Shown here piece by piece: positions 30,478 through 39,984 of a stretch of DNA of 64,000 nucleotides. This DNA comes from a virus (taxonomy: Duplodnaviria > Caudoviricetes): the IMG/VR virus record IMGVR_UViG_3300025073_000989; one strand, written 5' to 3'. Position 1 is the stretch's first letter. Each line of letters opens with the position of its first letter. Position numbers and translations under genes: made by a program. The notes under the pieces are model-generated. The model had not been told where the DNA came from. It saw only the letters and a list, made by a program, of their open reading frames with translations, and searched no databases.

Positions 30478-31686
30478 TTAACTGTCCAATACTTTCCTTA
30501 CCTTTTTAAGAAGTACCTCTATAGTATAGGGTTTGGTGATTATATCATCAACACCTAGATCTAATAATTCCTGCCTTTGTTTATCATCTAAACTATATCC
30601 AGTTGTTATTATTGTTTTGTGTTTTTTATTTATTTTTTTTATGTTTTTTATGTATTGCTTACCACTAGTTCCTGGCATAACTAGATCTATTATTGATAAA
30701 TGTATATTGTTTAAATTATCTAAATAATAATCAAAGGCCTTGTTTGTGTTATCAAAATTAATAGTAGAGTATCCAAAAACATTTAGCACATTTGAGCAGG
30801 TTTTAGATACGAAACAGTTATCGTCTAGTATCAGTATTGTTTCTTTTCCTATCTTTATCGATTCTTCTATGTCTATTTCGTTTATATTTTCTACTATACT
30901 ACTTAATAAAGGTATGTATATAGTAATAGTAGTATTTGGTTTATTTTTTACATCTATTATTCCTTTATAGTTTTTTACTATCTTGCTGACTGTATATAAA
31001 CCTAAGCCTACTGCTAATAATGAGCCTTTACTTTTTTTACTTTTAGTACTAAAAAACGGATCAAAAATATGATTGATAATGGTGTCTGAAATACCAATAC
31101 CATTATCTGACACAGATAATTCTAAATATTTTCCAGGATATATATTTTTGTGTTCTATACAAAAAGCACTATCTAGATAAATACTTTTTATTTCTATAAC
31201 TATTTTACCACTACTTGCTATAGCCTCTACTGAGTTTAGTACAAGATTTATTAGTATTTGTTCTATATGTTTTGGGTCAATTAATGATAACTCTTCGATT
31301 TCTTGTATATCATACTCTATCTCTATTCTGTCTGGTATATTTCTATTTATTATTTTTTGTATTAATACTAACTCTTTATTTATATTACAAATTGTTGTAT
31401 TTTTGTTATTACTACTTTCATTAGTTGATAAAGCTAGAGCAGATAGTCTACTAGTAATATCACTACCTCTGATTACTGCTTCATATATAGCTTCTAGATA
31501 CTTGTAATTTTTGTAGTTTTCGTTTTCATTTAGTAATATTAATTCTATATTAAATCTAAGTGATTGTAGTATATCACTAAAATCATGTGCTACATCACTA
31601 GCTAGCGCTAGTACTACTTCTATTTTAGAAGCATACTGTTTTAACTCATCTTCACTAAGCTCTTTAAAATACTTAGTAGCATGCAT
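30478..31686 (-). CDS. Sensor-less hybrid histidine kinase (HisKA-HATPase_c-REC)
   Basis: H-box VAHDFSDIL, N-box QILINLVLNS, G1 SDNGIG, F-box FDPFFSTK, G2 GLGL; receiver ILDD, IIDLVMP, TTGY, KP. Confidence 0.92.
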   Translation of the reverse strand: MHATKYFKELSEDELKQYASKIEVVLALASDVAHDFSDILQSLRFNIELILLNENENYKNYKYLEAIYEAVIRGSDITSRLSALALSTNESSNNKNTTICNINKELVLIQKIINRNIPDRIEIEYDIQEIEELSLIDPKHIEQILINLVLNSVEAIASSGKIVIEIKSIYLDSAFCIEHKNIYPGKYLELSVSDNGIGISDTIINHIFDPFFSTKSKKSKGSLLAVGLGLYTVSKIVKNYKGIIDVKNKPNTTITIYIPLLSSIVENINEIDIEESIKIGKETILILDDNCFVSKTCSNVLNVFGYSTINFDNTNKAFDYYLDNLNNIHLSIIDLVMPGTSGKQYIKNIKKINKKHKTIITTGYSLDDKQRQELLDLGVDDIITKPYTIEVLLKKVRKVLDS

Positions 31687-31774
31687 GTTTTTTTCCTTTT
31701 ATTTTTTGTAAAATATTGTATTTACATTAAAAACTTCTCTTAATTTGTTAAAGGTTAGTTTATTCAACCATCAT

Positions 31775-33055
31775 TTAGGCTATAGTTCTGTCTTGTAGCT
31801 TGTCCGCCACTTTTATAAGGTCACTTCTGTATGATATTTTTAAATCCACGTGGCATATTGATGGATCTGGTAATAAGTGCATTAGTTTTAGTAGTCCAGA
31901 TTCACTTGGTTTTACTGCGCTATATGTTTGTCTTAGATCTCCTAAAAGGATTAATTTTGATTCCTTATTGGCCCTGGATAATAACATTGATAACAAGTCA
32001 ATGGTGACTAATTGTACTTCGTCAACAATGAATATATCATCCTCTAGTATGCTCAGCCCCTGTATAGCGTTTATCTGTATAGGCTCAAATTTATCTTTGA
32101 ATATCTTTTCTTTTACATAATCATAGGCTACAAAACCCTCTTTGTTAGAGCTTTGATTTTTTGTATTAGCGTATATGTAATATAAACTAGATATAAATCC
32201 AGCTAACCATGCTTCCATCTTATCTTCTATAAACCCAGGTAAAAACCCTATATCATATTTTGAGCTTATTCCTACCGGAGGTCTGGTTATAAACACTTTA
32301 TTTGATGAGGCATTAAGTGCATAGGCTGTGGCTAGAATACTTTTACCAGATCCCCATTTACCGGTAAGTATAGTACATGGGGCATTTTTAAAAGCGTATA
32401 TGGCACATACTTGGTAAGGGTCACTTGCTTTTATATTTTTTCCTTCTGTTTTTAAGTTGCGATATTGAGGTAAGTTATCTATCCTATGTATTTTATGCTC
32501 TATTGGATTAGTTGCATACACATAACGTATGTTGTTATTTTCCTCAAATAAAATAAATTTCCAATAATTAGTATTGATTTCTTTGTCGTTGATGATTATT
32601 ATATCACTATACTCTTGATTAAATGAAAAGTTAGCTAGGTCACTATTTATTTGGATCGTTATATATGGGTTGTGTATACCATTAGCTACAGGACCGTACA
32701 AAACGGTTGGTACATTTTTTGTTTCGGCAATGATAGACATAGATATGTCTTTTGTGGCCAACTCAGCGTTATTATCTACAGCGGATTGAATTATTCTTAA
32801 ATCGTTGGAGTCTATGTCTAGTTCATGTGGACCTACTGATAGAATTAGTTTATCTGGATACAGATGTTTGAATTGTAGTATTTCATTAATAGCACTTCTT
32901 GCGCTATAAGATAGATCTGGTTTTAATTTTAATTTATCTAATTCTTTTAATACTGTAATTGGTATTATTATTTTATCATAGCTGTTTGAGAGTTTAAATA
33001 TTATTTTTGAATCGTCTAGTAATAAGTTTGTATCTATTATTATAGATTTAATCAT
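31775..33055 (-). CDS. phoH: PhoH-like ATPase with N-terminal PIN domain
   Basis: PIN IIDTNLL...VLKELD...TKD; Walker A GKWGSGKS; IVDEVQ, LGDLRQ. Confidence 0.9.
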   Translation of the reverse strand: MIKSIIIDTNLLLDDSKIIFKLSNSYDKIIIPITVLKELDKLKLKPDLSYSARSAINEILQFKHLYPDKLILSVGPHELDIDSNDLRIIQSAVDNNAELATKDISMSIIAETKNVPTVLYGPVANGIHNPYITIQINSDLANFSFNQEYSDIIIINDKEINTNYWKFILFEENNNIRYVYATNPIEHKIHRIDNLPQYRNLKTEGKNIKASDPYQVCAIYAFKNAPCTILTGKWGSGKSILATAYALNASSNKVFITRPPVGISSKYDIGFLPGFIEDKMEAWLAGFISSLYYIYANTKNQSSNKEGFVAYDYVKEKIFKDKFEPIQINAIQGLSILEDDIFIVDEVQLVTIDLLSMLLSRANKESKLILLGDLRQTYSAVKPSESGLLKLMHLLPDPSICHVDLKISYRSDLIKVADKLQDRTIA

Positions 33056-33145
33056 CCATTATCTCCTGTAGTTATTATTAACTGTAAACACTACTAATGA
33101 TATAATTACTTTAAATCTTTATATTTTTTTATAAATAATACCTCC

Positions 33146-33718
33146 TTATTTTAAATTAATATAAGTATATTCTACCATAAAAGTAAGAACTTCCAATAAT
33201 GCAATATGTAATTCAGTTAAATCTCTGTCCAGATTATTTAGAAGGTACTTAGTTTCATTTAAATAATATTTTATAAAACTATTTGGTATTTTTGGGCTAT
33301 TTAGTCCTATTATATTATGTAATCTATCTGCTAGTTTTATAATAAAAGCTTCATTACTCATGCTGTTTACATGTTGTACTGTATAATTACGTTTACCAAG
33401 TAATTGTATTTGTTTTTCATCATCAGTGAGTTCTTCTACCATCAAACCTATTCTGTCACCAAAAATTTCGTATATTTCTTGTATAGTGGCGTTTGTATCC
33501 TCTACTACGTCATGTAACATACTTGCTGCTAGTATACTTGTATCGTTTATATACATAGACACAATACCTACTACTTGTTCAGGATGATTTATATAAGGTT
33601 CATCTGTAAATTTTCTAAATTGGTTTTTATGCTTCAACATAGCAAACCGATGTGCCTTTTTAATATCTACTGGTATTATATTTGGGCCTATTTCCATATC
33701 GCTTACCTCTAAAATCAT
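33146..33718 (-). CDS. Small alarmone hydrolase (RelA/SpoT HD domain, Mesh1-like)
   Basis: H..Q.RK...EPYINHP, LHDVVEDT, V.ELTDD, IKLADRLHN. Confidence 0.85.
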   Translation of the reverse strand: MILEVSDMEIGPNIIPVDIKKAHRFAMLKHKNQFRKFTDEPYINHPEQVVGIVSMYINDTSILAASMLHDVVEDTNATIQEIYEIFGDRIGLMVEELTDDEKQIQLLGKRNYTVQHVNSMSNEAFIIKLADRLHNIIGLNSPKIPNSFIKYYLNETKYLLNNLDRDLTELHIALLEVLTFMVEYTYINLK

Positions 33719-33748
33719 TTATAAATTACCCCCATACTTATACAATAG

Positions 33749-33931
33749 TTACTTAAATATAAATACCAAATATTTAATGATTTCTTTTAAAGTTGTGCCT
33801 TTTTTGCAGTTCTGGGCTAATATTTCGGTTTTTTCTTTATATATATTTGTTCTATAAAGGCTCATAATAATAAGTAACAGAAAAAACAAAAGTGCATATG
33901 AAAAAGTATTTACGGTAATAATTTCAAGCAT
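33749..33931 (-). CDS. Small membrane protein
   Basis: N-terminal hydrophobic helix. Confidence 0.4.
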   Translation of the reverse strand: MLEIITVNTFSYALLFFLLLIIMSLYRTNIYKEKTEILAQNCKKGTTLKEIIKYLVFIFK

Positions 33932-33973
33932 GTGATTATTTCCTACCTTATTAATAGATTAATTTATATAAAA

Positions 33974-34243
33974 TCAAGTTCCCTTATCTGATTGTGTTTG
34001 TAAATTTTTTTGTATATTTTCTTTTATTTGTTTGTTAACCTCTATACTTCTTTCTTTATATTTATTAGAAAAATTATCCATAAAATTTTCATCCTTTTCA
34101 GATAACAAAGATAAACAAGCATCTAATGCTATCTCAGTACTCATAACTCTCTGTACTAACATATTAACATGTTGCGCTAGTTCTTTAATTATTCTTTCGT
34201 TATCATTGCCTACTTCTATTGGTTCATGTATTTCTTTTTTCAT
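33974..34243 (-). CDS. Hypothetical protein
   Basis: ORF in small-gene run. Confidence 0.5.
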   Translation of the reverse strand: MKKEIHEPIEVGNDNERIIKELAQHVNMLVQRVMSTEIALDACLSLLSEKDENFMDNFSNKYKERSIEVNKQIKENIQKNLQTQSDKGT

Positions 34244-34265
34244 ATTGTTTCCTTTTGTATAAATT

Positions 34266-34514
34266 TTAGTTTTCTCTAGATACTAGTTCAATATTAATCG
34301 AGGCCATTAGTGGTTTGGAGTATAAATCACATGTCTCTTTACCACCATTATAAACTATGTGTTCTCCTATCATAAAATTTCTCCTAGCTTTACCATCTCT
34401 TAGCTCATAAGGATAGGTATTACCGTTAAATATTTTACCATCGTGGTGAACATATATCCAATCTCCTTGTTTAATTTCATTAGCTACTGTGTACACTTCT
34501 TCATGCTTTTTCAT
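34266..34514 (-). CDS. Hypothetical protein
   Basis: AGGAG RBS. Confidence 0.55.
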   Translation of the reverse strand: MKKHEEVYTVANEIKQGDWIYVHHDGKIFNGNTYPYELRDGKARRNFMIGEHIVYNGGKETCDLYSKPLMASINIELVSREN

Positions 34515-34536
34515 AATTAATTTCTCCTAAATAAAT

Positions 34537-34872
34537 TTATTGTATATCGTCTCCAGATATTAATCCTTTATCTATTAAGGTTTTGATTACGGTTACCATG
34601 TTTTCATATAAAACATCCATACTTTTAATGTAGTCGTTTATAAATACTAATTTATCTTTTTCTAACACTATTAGTTTTTCTAAATTATCAGTAGTAACTT
34701 TTTGTATATTTATTAACATGTTTATGTCATTTCTAAGTTTTTCTTCCATGTTTATTACATATGAAGCCATACCACTATTATCTTTTCCAATACCAACAAT
34801 TAAATTATTTAATTGATTTATGTCCTGTTCTAATTTATTTATTTTTTTATTTTTAAACATTACAAACCTCAC
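34537..34872 (-). CDS. Hypothetical coiled-coil protein
   Basis: ORF, heptad pattern. Confidence 0.5.
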   Translation of the reverse strand: MRFVMFKNKKINKLEQDINQLNNLIVGIGKDNSGMASYVINMEEKLRNDINMLINIQKVTTDNLEKLIVLEKDKLVFINDYIKSMDVLYENMVTVIKTLIDKGLISGDDIQ

Positions 34873-35063
34873 TTATTTCTAATCATAGTATATTTCTTTA
34901 GATATTTATTGTTATTTTCTTTTTTATCTATTTTAATCTTTTTTCCAGGAATGTCTTTAAAATTTATATGACTATGGTCTTCTAATATACTAGAATAAAT
35001 TTCCTCAGCAGTAGGTCCGGAAGTTTCTTCTATTAAATCATTAATATTACTGTTGTTTTCCAT
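34869..35063 (-). CDS. Hypothetical protein
   Basis: ORF with GGAGGG RBS. Confidence 0.45.
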   Translation of the reverse strand: MENNSNINDLIEETSGPTAEEIYSSILEDHSHINFKDIPGKKIKIDKKENNNKYLKKYTMIRNK

Positions 35064-35259
35064 ATATTATTTTCCCTCCAATAGTTATAGTGTCCACAAC
35101 AACACAATCACACTTATCGCCTCTACATTTTCTCTTTTTTCTCACTATTCCAGGTCTTGGTTTGTCTTCACTACAGACTCTAGGTTTACCTGATTCTTTT
35201 ATACTAATTAAATTGTCTATAATTAGGTGTAATTTATTTATATTCATTTTTATATTCAT
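35047..35259 (-). CDS. Hypothetical basic Cys-containing protein
   Basis: ORF overlapping next gene. Confidence 0.4.
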   Translation of the reverse strand: MNIKMNINKLHLIIDNLISIKESGKPRVCSEDKPRPGIVRKKRKCRGDKCDCVVVDTITIGGKIIYGKQQ

Positions 35260-35348
35260 TTAAGGTTTTTTTATTTTTTTCCGCGCGCAGGGTAAAGCAA
35301 AGCAGTTAGCATTCAGTTTTTACTAGTAACTACTGTTTACTTTTGTGT

Positions 35349-35600
35349 TTATGTATTTAAATTTATAGCTTTTTTATAACCATTCCAATAACCAAACAAG
35401 TAGTCTACGGAAAATGTTTTATTACAACCACTACAATAAACTAGTTTGATATTATCTGATTGATCTAGTTCTTCTAGATTATAACTTAGTCCATCCAATG
35501 TACGTATTACTTGTTTTGAATATTTTTTATCAAAAACTTTACAATTACAGAATGGACATAAATCAAATCTATTTAGTGTTCTACCATAGTGATTCATCAT
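35349..35600 (-). CDS. Zinc-ribbon protein
   Basis: CPFC...CSGC. Confidence 0.55.
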   Translation of the reverse strand: MMNHYGRTLNRFDLCPFCNCKVFDKKYSKQVIRTLDGLSYNLEELDQSDNIKLVYCSGCNKTFSVDYLFGYWNGYKKAINLNT

Positions 35601-35612
35601 ATACCTCTAACT

Positions 35613-35891
35613 TTAAAATACTAGACTTTTATCTGTTACTAGGAAATCGTTGCTTTTAATTGTACTACTAAGATCTGTAGTTACTTCTAGCTCCATATCT
35701 TTTGGTAAACCTTCCATAGTAGTATAGTAACTACTATCCTCTACTATTCTAAATATAGAACTAATAGGATACTTATATATTATATTATTATCTACGTTTA
35801 TACATAAAAAACCATCTCTTACAAAGGTACTTTCACAAATATGCTCTATAGAATTAGTTGAATCCTTTAGTTGTATATTTATTCTACTCAT
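35613..35891 (-). CDS. Hypothetical protein
   Basis: ORF overlapping upstream stop. Confidence 0.5.
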   Translation of the reverse strand: MSRINIQLKDSTNSIEHICESTFVRDGFLCINVDNNIIYKYPISSIFRIVEDSSYYTTMEGLPKDMELEVTTDLSSTIKSNDFLVTDKSLVF

Positions 35892-36144
35892 CCTTTTCCT
35901 CCTTGTTTATTCTACCCATTAGTTCTAAGTTTAGTATAACAAACCAACCTTTTTTAAATAAATCTAACATCTCTTCTGTTACAACATCATTAGGTTCTAT
36001 ATTAGTTAGTAAACTAGCGCCGTTTACATACAACTCAGACAGTTCTTCATAACTCATGTTATTAAGTTCTATCTGAAGACATCTGTCACAATATTCATCA
36101 TTGGCCGGGTTGTTGTTATAGCAGTTTGGGTTTGTACACTTCAT
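35884..36144 (-). CDS. Zn-finger + helical domain paralogue 1
   Basis: Cx4C-x9-CxxC then helical domain; family shared with 36342, 36607, 36928. Confidence 0.6.
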   Translation of the reverse strand: MKCTNPNCYNNNPANDEYCDRCLQIELNNMSYEELSELYVNGASLLTNIEPNDVVTEEMLDLFKKGWFVILNLELMGRINKEEKDE

Positions 36145-36341
36145 TTGGATACCTTTATTTTTATGTCGGATTCAGCAATTACAGAGTTTTTGTTTTTAGT
36201 ATTAAAACTTATTAGTATAGGACACGTCATAGGACTACATCTATTTAAATTATAGCAATTGGTTGGTTCTTCACATAAATATGAAATTGATCTATATCTA
36301 CAAAGTGTTCTTAAATCATAGAAAGATAGTTCTATTTTCAT
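36141..36341 (-). CDS. Hypothetical Cys-rich protein
   Basis: ORF overlapping neighbour. Confidence 0.45.
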   Translation of the reverse strand: MKIELSFYDLRTLCRYRSISYLCEEPTNCYNLNRCSPMTCPILISFNTKNKNSVIAESDIKIKVSK

Positions 36342-36614
36342 TTATACTCCTTTATCAAGCATTACTTGGTTTAATATATCAAACCATTTTTTTCTACACT
36401 TAATTAGATTTTTCTTATTGTTAGGAGTTAACAGCCCGTGGGCTTCCCCATCCTCTATGGCGCGATTTATGTTTTCTAATCCAGAAATAAATATATCATA
36501 TAAATCATTACAATTCATTTCTTTTACTAATTCAGCTAAACATTTTTCACAAAAAATAGAAGCTGAATTGTCATAATTATAACATTCTGGGTCATTACAT
36601 TTTTTTCTACTCAT
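36342..36614 (-). CDS. Zn-finger + helical domain paralogue 2
   Basis: CNDPEC...CEKCL...DLYDIF. Confidence 0.6.
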   Translation of the reverse strand: MSRKKCNDPECYNYDNSASIFCEKCLAELVKEMNCNDLYDIFISGLENINRAIEDGEAHGLLTPNNKKNLIKCRKKWFDILNQVMLDKGV

Positions 36615-36888
36615 TGCTTTCTTCCAGTTGTTTTATTAGTATTAGTTCGTTATAGCACTCAAAAATTATATCCTTTATATCGTCTATACGAACTCCTTTA
36701 AGTACAAAGTTACTTCCTTTCTTTTTTATCAAATCATCTATACTGTCCGACAAATTAGCATATAAAGTATATATATCTTCTATACTTAAAACAGGAAAGT
36801 TAATTATTAAACAATCAGGACAGTACATAAAAGCTTTGTCGTTATTGGTTTTACATGCTTTGATATTACAACTCATATTGTACTCCAT
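36607..36888 (-). CDS. Zn-finger + helical domain paralogue 3
   Basis: CNIKAC...CPDCL...DIYTLY. Confidence 0.6.
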   Translation of the reverse strand: MEYNMSCNIKACKTNNDKAFMYCPDCLIINFPVLSIEDIYTLYANLSDSIDDLIKKKGSNFVLKGVRIDDIKDIIFECYNELILIKQLEESNE

Positions 36889-36927
36889 TATTTTTATAAA
36901 CTAGTTTAAAGTAAAACTAATTATTGT

Positions 36928-37152
36928 TTAATTATCTAGGAGAGTTTTCTTAACCAATAACAATTCATTGAAGACATCAAAGAAAGAATCACTGTGTTCT
37001 CCGGATACGTCTCGTTCTTTAAGATATACAAACATCTCGTATAGGTCATTCTCCGTTAGTTTACACTAATGTTTAACTAAACAGTTAGAACAGTATATAG
37101 GTAAAGTCGGGTCTACTGTCTTACATTTTTCACCAAAGCATTTATATTCCAT
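36928..37152 (-). pseudogene. Zn-finger + helical domain paralogue 4 with in-frame TAG
   Basis: MEYKCFGEKC...CSNCLVKH*CKLTENDLYEMF...FNELLLVKKTLLDN; TAG at 37068-37066; AAGGAG RBS. Confidence 0.7.
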
Positions 37153-37182
37153 TTTTTATCTCCTTTTTATTAGTTTACTTAT

Positions 37183-37211
37183 ATAATAATCATTTATTTT
37201 CAAATAATCAA
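37183..37211 (-). promoter_or_regulatory. Leftward sigma70-like promoter at the strand switch
   Basis: TTGATT-17-TATTAT on minus strand. Confidence 0.5.
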
Positions 37212-37243
37212 GTTTTATTTTTATATTAGTTTGAATTATTTAT

Positions 37244-37335
37244 TAGTTTACGGTGGTTACTAGTTTACGGTGGTTACTAGTTTACGGTGGTTACTAGTTT
37301 ACGGTGGTTACTAGTTTACGGTGGTTACTAGTTTA
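37244..37335. repeat. 17-bp tandem repeat x5.4
   Basis: TAGTTTACGGTGGTTAC five perfect copies plus TAGTTTA, in the divergent intergenic region. Confidence 0.97.
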
Positions 37336-37597
37336 TAATACTATTACTATTATTATATAGGTTAGTTTATCGTGGTTGAACAGATTAATCAGCACCAAAA
37401 TTTTTTATTCTCGTCCTACTATCGTGGTCCAAGCTTAATTTTCATGGTGATTTATTGCATTAGGGAGCCTTCGGCTTTCCCCGTGTGTTGATTTATACTT
37501 TTTTATTTTATAGCCCCGGCCTATGCAGCTTTTACATTTTTTACCAGAGCACTGAGGCAATAAAGCCTAAATAATACTTAACGTAGGGAGGTGTATT

Positions 37598-37780
37598 ATG
37601 GAGATATCCAAAGAAAATGAGTACGAGGCTACTACTTGCCCACATTGTGGACAGGTGCGCGTTTTGGACATAGTGGCAGAAGAAGATGGTAGAATAACAG
37701 CTGTCATAGAAAGCTGTAAGAAATGTAACACTGCTCGTTTCCTGAAAGCCCCAGGCCGTGTATGGGCGGCTATGGGATAA
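37598..37780 (+). CDS. Zinc-ribbon protein
   Basis: CPHC...CKKC; GGGAGG RBS. Confidence 0.6.
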   Translation: MEISKENEYEATTCPHCGQVRVLDIVAEEDGRITAVIESCKKCNTARFLKAPGRVWAAMG

Positions 37781-37808
37781 ACCTTAATCTTAACTTGGAG
37801 GAAAGACA

Positions 37809-38123
37809 ATGATAATACGCAATAAGACTAAAAGAGACCTTCGTAATGTTACTATCGGTGTACTGCTTTGTGTTATATCTGCTATCATTATGTTTGGTGG
37901 TTATGTATTTTATATTAACACCGGAGTGAACGGTAGGGCCACAGAAATCGAGGTCCATTATGAAAACATACACCAGGTAAAAGTGCTGACCAAAACAACC
38001 GGCAATGAGATATTGGTCATCTTCAACGATAAGGTACATTGTACCTGGCTGCCTGGAGATACTGCCAACAAAGGAGATGTACACATCTTCTCTATTGACG
38101 GTAATACCACTGAAGAAAATTAA
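37809..38123 (+). CDS. Membrane-anchored hypothetical protein
   Basis: N-terminal TM; GGAGG RBS. Confidence 0.6.
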   Translation: MIIRNKTKRDLRNVTIGVLLCVISAIIMFGGYVFYINTGVNGRATEIEVHYENIHQVKVLTKTTGNEILVIFNDKVHCTWLPGDTANKGDVHIFSIDGNTTEEN

Positions 38124-38146
38124 CCCTTTACTGGAGGAATTGTTAT

Positions 38147-38533
38147 GTGGAAAGTACTGCGTTGGTTGTTTGTAATGTGGATACTGTTTTGTATTTTGGC
38201 AATGCTTCCTGGCTGGGGCCTGCTGTTGCTTTTGGCTGGATTGTTTTATGGACTATGGCAAGAGTAGGACCGCAACAGCTGTTGGTAGATTCGAAACAGG
38301 AATTAATAATTGGGTTAAAGGAGGAACGTGAAATGAATAAATGTGAGTTACTACCAATACACAATGGCATCTTGAGTCTGGACGTAATGGGGTGCCTGTT
38401 TGACCTGTATTGTAAAAACTGTACTGGAGAGAACTGTCCTCTGGTTGTAGTACACAACCAAGAAGCAGACAAGTATCTCTTTGCTTCTTATGGTATTCCT
38501 AATAAAGGGGACCATGTATTACCGTTAAACTGA
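38147..38533 (+). CDS. Hypothetical protein
   Basis: ORF; an internal ATG (MNKCE) has a strong GGAGG RBS, so the start is uncertain. Confidence 0.45.
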   Translation: MESTALVVCNVDTVLYFGNASWLGPAVAFGWIVLWTMARVGPQQLLVDSKQELIIGLKEEREMNKCELLPIHNGILSLDVMGCLFDLYCKNCTGENCPLVVVHNQEADKYLFASYGIPNKGDHVLPLN

Positions 38534-38586
38534 GGCGGGAATCAACTCCTAACTCATAGCCGCCCGGATGGGCAAAGGAGGGCTCG

Positions 38587-38733
38587 ATGTTACAGGAAGC
38601 CTCGGGCTTAGAGGCTAAGGCTTTAAACAACAACCACAACTCAGCAAAGGCTGATGCCGCTATGCTGCCAGCCAGTAACGTGCTGGCACCCGCCGTGAAG
38701 CGCCGTTTTTACTTCTATAGGACCGGCATATGA
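38587..38733 (+). CDS. 48-aa hypothetical protein
   Basis: AAGGAGG RBS then MLQEASGLEAK...; below ORF-track cutoff. Confidence 0.4.
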   Translation: MLQEASGLEAKALNNNHNSAKADAAMLPASNVLAPAVKRRFYFYRTGI

Positions 38734-38772
38734 GATATATTTCTACAACAAACTTAACAAAGGAGCCCAACA

Positions 38773-39312
38773 ATGAAAAACTGTAATCTTTTATACGATG
38801 TAATCGCTGCTCATCTCTTATGGCTGGAAACAAGCGGTATTTCAGGGAAAAGGGCCGACCTTAAAGGGGCCGATCTTAGATGGGCCAATCTTAGAGAGGC
38901 CAACCTTAGAAAGGCCAATCTTAGAGAGGCCAACCTTAGAAAGGCCAATCTTAGAGAGGCCGATCTAGAAGGGGCCGATCTGAAAAGGGCCAATCTAGAA
39001 GGGGCCGATCTTAGATGGGCCAATCTTAGAGAGGCCAATCTTAGAGAGGCCAACCTTAGAAAGGCCAACCTTGTAGGGGCCAACCTGGACTTCTCTTCAG
39101 GAATTCCATTTCACTGCGGAGGTACAGTGGCTAAGGGCGATGACTGCCTGTTCGCCCAAATACTGTACCACTTGACCAGACAGGACTGGTCAAACTGTTC
39201 TAAAGAAGTTCTGGAAGCTATCAAAATCATTAACAACATTAGATCGGCCAGCGGCGATAAGATAGTTGACCTGTTCTGTAAGTACAGGAAAGACGTAAAA
39301 ATACTTAATTAG
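38773..39312 (+). CDS. Pentapeptide-repeat protein, copy A (16 repeats)
   Basis: A(D/N)Lx repeats; near-identical to 42749 and 52383. Confidence 0.92.
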   Translation: MKNCNLLYDVIAAHLLWLETSGISGKRADLKGADLRWANLREANLRKANLREANLRKANLREADLEGADLKRANLEGADLRWANLREANLREANLRKANLVGANLDFSSGIPFHCGGTVAKGDDCLFAQILYHLTRQDWSNCSKEVLEAIKIINNIRSASGDKIVDLFCKYRKDVKILN

Positions 39313-39322
39313 GAGAATACTG

Positions 39323-39622
39323 ATGAGTAAAGAACACAGTATAGCCCTTGTAGGCATAGTTGTAATTAATCCGGAGGCTGTCTTGTCAAAAACAACTGTA
39401 GCAACTTCGCAAACAGCGTCCAAGGTTAGTTACTTCAGTACCGTTAATGGTAAGATAACCGTTAAGATACAAAAAGACGGTTCTGTTTTTATGTCAACCA
39501 ATAAAGGTAAATATACTCTTAAAAAACATCCAACCTTGAACATATGGACTGGTGTGTGTAAGAGCACCAAAGTCCACGTTTCTCTCAAGAAGATTGTCGG
39601 AAAAATTATATACTGGAAATAA
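39323..39622 (+). CDS. Hypothetical protein
   Basis: AGGAG RBS. Confidence 0.55.
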   Translation: MSKEHSIALVGIVVINPEAVLSKTTVATSQTASKVSYFSTVNGKITVKIQKDGSVFMSTNKGKYTLKKHPTLNIWTGVCKSTKVHVSLKKIVGKIIYWK

Positions 39623-39647
39623 CAAACGACTGTTATAAGGAGGAAGT

Positions 39648-39971
39648 ATGATAACTAGAATCACTGTAAATGACAAACCACTTCAAGAGGTGCTTGATTT
39701 TGCCCACGGCGGCGAAATAAGTGACGCACTAAAGTGCGAGGTTAAGGAAAAAGCACTTATAGTAAAATTCAGTAGAAGTGTCAAGCCTCCTACGCGCACT
39801 TATCGAAAGCCGAGAAGAGGTAAGGTTATTTTACGTAACGATATCAAAGAGGAAAGGAATCGCATACTGCTGCTGCGTAGTATGTCTATGCATATAGTTA
39901 ATCTTGGCAGTGGTAAAATACTTGTTGTCAAGATCGGAAAAAGGGTATTTATAAAAACAATAAAGAATTAA
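39648..39971 (+). CDS. Hypothetical basic protein
   Basis: GGAGG RBS. Confidence 0.55.
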   Translation: MITRITVNDKPLQEVLDFAHGGEISDALKCEVKEKALIVKFSRSVKPPTRTYRKPRRGKVILRNDIKEERNRILLLRSMSMHIVNLGSGKILVVKIGKRVFIKTIKN

Positions 39972-39984
39972 AAGGAGACAAGTT

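Noticed and set aside
38811-39083. Antisense ORFs over the pentapeptide genes (also 52364-52633) and others such as 12809-13165, 45307-46119, 43340-44339
   Set aside because: Shadow ORFs of repetitive or GC-rich genes, with no RBS or independent coding features
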